Shown here: positions 63,621 to 64,000 of the stretch, piece after piece
How the letters are laid out: each line of letters opens with the position of its first letter
Numbering within the stretch: position 1 is the stretch's first letter
Origin: Harriotta raleighana
Taxonomy: Eukaryota
NCBI GenBank assembly: GCA_050575255.1
Contig: JBNZDD010013722.1
Span: 8,563,083-8,627,082 of the forward strand
Length of the DNA: 64,000 bases
Direction of reading: 5' to 3'
Made by a program: the position numbers and the translations under genes
Notes under the pieces: generated by a model
What the model was told of the DNA's origin: nothing
Databases searched by the model: none
The model's input: only the letters and a program-made list of their open reading frames with translations

Positions 63621-63929
63621 TGGCAGCGACCATATTAAACTACACCTGTGCAAACAGGTTTGAAGCATGTCCTCAGGACCATGGCTGTGCATTGGTTTAA
63701 TATGGTTTTTGGTGCTGTCCTTTCATGTGTGACTGGAGCCAGTTTTTTGTTTTGAGGAGTTTCTCAGCCAAGAAAAGTCCGACAATGAGCAAAACACGGC
63801 CCGAGAAACTTCCTTTGCCAGCTTTGGAATAACAATTGCTTTTCAGTAAATCTGTTGCTGAATCAACGCAATGTTAGGCCCCCCCCTAAAGAGACTCACA
63901 ACTTGCTGTTTGTTAATCCTGCATTTTAG

Positions 63930-64000
63930 ACCGCAATCCCACTGGACGTGACCTATTCCATCCCTTTTGCAAAGTCAGCAGACTCGATCACGGTAGCAGT
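63930..64000 (+). CDS. VXN: Candidate vexin exon 3 (runs off the window end)
   Basis: TTAAT branch-like site and TTTTAG acceptor; phase-0 open frame TAIPLDVTYSIPFAKSADSITVA has only weak similarity to human VVIESDLYTHQPL. Confidence 0.45.

Overview
Vertebrate genomic DNA. The L2/CR1 LINEs, Deu-domain tRNA SINEs and Penelope-type hairpin, together with compact introns, point to a cartilaginous fish, probably a chimaera (inference). The window holds the conserved block RRS1 - ADHFE1 - VXN (C8orf46), all on the + strand: intronless RRS1 (29845-30906), a complete 14-exon ADHFE1 (34866-49826, 464 aa, all GT-AG) and the first two or three coding exons of VXN (from 56318). The first 29 kb has no intact protein-coding gene I can recognise and is mostly repeats. 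It does contain the most unusual item: a lone, frameshifted histone H2B pseudogene whose N-terminal tail is replaced by a protamine-like Arg-rich tract (19095-19494). Other notable items are a decayed minimal hammerhead ribozyme inside a Penelope-type hairpin, a covarying 3' stem-loop shared by two L2 families and a SINE, and several short segments that appear to be locally templated insertions into L2 copies. Several tandem duplicates split by N characters look like assembly artefacts. Repeat boundaries are approximate and family names come from recalled consensus sequences, not database searches.
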